DNA of 64,000 nucleotides. Source: Lingula anatina. Taxonomy: Eukaryota; Animalia; Brachiopoda. The notes below the pieces were generated by a model. It made no database searches and was not told where the DNA came from. It was given only the letters and a program-made list of their open reading frames with translations. Numbering within the stretch: the first letter of the stretch is position 1; each line of letters starts with the position of its first letter. The stretch spans positions 4,464,001 to 4,528,000 of the forward strand of contig CM120643.1 in the NCBI GenBank assembly GCA_051362555.1, written 5' to 3'. The position numbers and the translations under genes are program-made. This document shows, in pieces, positions 62,255-64,000 of this stretch.

Positions 62255-62506
62255 GATAACCATCAAACACCACTACAGCTCTATTACTAGGACATACGTG
62301 ACATACTGGTGTACTAATAACCATCAAACACCACTACAGCTTTATTACTAGGACATACGTGACATACTGGTGTGCAAATAACCATCAAACACCACTACAT
62401 CTTTATTACTAGGACATATGTGACATACTGGTGTACAGATAACCATCAAACACCACTACAGCTTTATTACTAGGACATATGTGACATACTGGTGTGCAAA
62501 TAACCA
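62255..62506. repeat. ~61-bp minisatellite, 4 units
   Basis: ATAACCATCAAACACCACTACAGCTTTATTACTAGGACATA(C/T)GTGACATACTGGTGT. Confidence 0.95.
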
Positions 62507-64000
62507 TATTTCAGCTGATTGAAAGTCAACTGCAGCTGGTTTGTCTTTGTGGCTTTGATAAACAATGGCTACCAGATAATTACGAGGCCTGTATGCTGGG
62601 GACTTATGAGAATTCCTTTTAGAACAGTGCATTAAGATATGAGATGAGAGTTGATATATTGTTTCTTATGTGTCTGAAAGAAAAAATAAGTTTTTGAAGT
62701 CATCCATTTCCCCCCCCCCCTCCTTTTTTTATTATGTTTTCCTCCCTGACATCAGGAGATAGGGTCCATGTTCCTGTAGCCATCTACAGACATCCACTGG
62801 TGTTCATTCTGAACATGGTGCGTGCCCAAAAAATTAAAAAAAAAAACACATAATTTATTTATTTATTTTATTTATTTATTTTTTTGCATGTATTTTGGTG
62901 ACTGTCTTACCATAAATACCAAACCATGTTTTTGTTTTAAATCAAATTTGCACAGAAGCTTTGTTTAGTAAAAAAAGGCTGCTTGAATGAAAAATTAGCA
63001 GGATTTGATTATTTTTACCAATACTTAATATGTACAGTTTTATAAGTATTGAAAGAAGCTATTATATAACTTATGGTTAAGCTGGTGAAGTTGATAAAAC
63101 CCATAGTCCTTGGCCCATATTTGTATATATTTGGTGCAGAAAAAATCTATTAAACTCTTTTGTTGCAACATGTTTTGTGTCTGTATATTTTGCCAGCTTT
63201 GCTGTCTAGTCTTATGTTAGTGCTCATCTTATGGTTTGCCCAAAGATAATTAAGTATAAAAGATGTCTGCAGCACTTTTATATTAGTTATATGCAGAGAA
63301 TTGTTTTAAAATAAAGATTTTAGCAACTTTTTTGCAATAAGTATATAGAAGCTTTTATACTAATATGTACAGTACACTACTGTTGTGATCTCATTGTAGT
63401 CTTAATGTAAAAGATGATTTATAATTATTGTTTTTGTTGCTTACTTTGTAATATTGTAACTTTTGTTAATTTTTTACATGAAATCGAATCAAAAGACAAA
63501 GCATTTTCTTATCTTAGATATCCAAAGTTATTTATTGGGTTAGCTTGCCTAAAGTAGTGCTAATGAACTAATAGTGGATAAAGCAAGTCAGAATGATGAC
63601 TGAATCATCACATTGTTAATGCCTGTTATAAGTACTGGTACCTAGTAAATTCCCACCTGGTAATTCTGGAGCTGTTTGTAATCAAAGAATGTTTATTTAT
63701 TTAATAAACCTCATTAGTGCAGAATTTTATTTAAGAGAAACTGGGTTGAACTTGTAGAGAGGCATAGATAAAGAGAAGGGAGAAAGAGAAATTAAGTAGT
63801 AAGAAAATTTCAGACTCCTATAACTGTTGTTATATTTTCTCTCTCATGCCTCATTGGCTACATTCAGAACAGTGGACTAATGGATCCCCAGATCAAATAT
63901 GGCCACCTTCTAAAAAGCTTATCACTTAAAATTAAAATTCCTGATAAGACACAAAATAGATTATGATGTGACTATTTTATTCATCAGTGCATTAGAGATC

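Noticed and set aside
62255-62506. CRISPR-like repeats
   Set aside because: Whole units are near-identical; there are no spacers.

Overview
AT-rich eukaryotic genomic DNA, most likely a marine invertebrate (inferred from spliceosomal introns, microsatellites and metazoan TE families). There is one long intact single-exon CDS (11408-13375), a FASTKD5-like mitochondrial RNA-processing protein whose RAP domain looks degenerate and truncated; it is preceded by a YY1 site and a uORF. The rest is a transposon and pseudogene graveyard: hAT-type, Harbinger, Tc1, Kolobok-like and Helentron-like non-autonomous elements, L2/CR1/RTE-like LINE fragments, an intron-containing Ginger/GIN integrase, Gypsy pol pieces, and EnSpm, Academ, ISL2EU and DUF6729 transposase remnants. 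It also holds a collapsed LRP2/megalin pseudogene, a kinase pseudo-exon and several minisatellites. Most notable: three tandem tRNA-like Pol III cassettes at 1.45-1.85 kb; a LINE ORF1 carrying an RNase H1 hybrid-binding domain plus a PHD finger; and a ~13 kb block (49-62 kb) in which every recognisable coding remnant is on the minus strand, downstream of a candidate plus-strand promoter (piRNA-cluster-like). All family assignments come from motifs recognised by eye, with no database searches, and boundaries of degraded elements are approximate.
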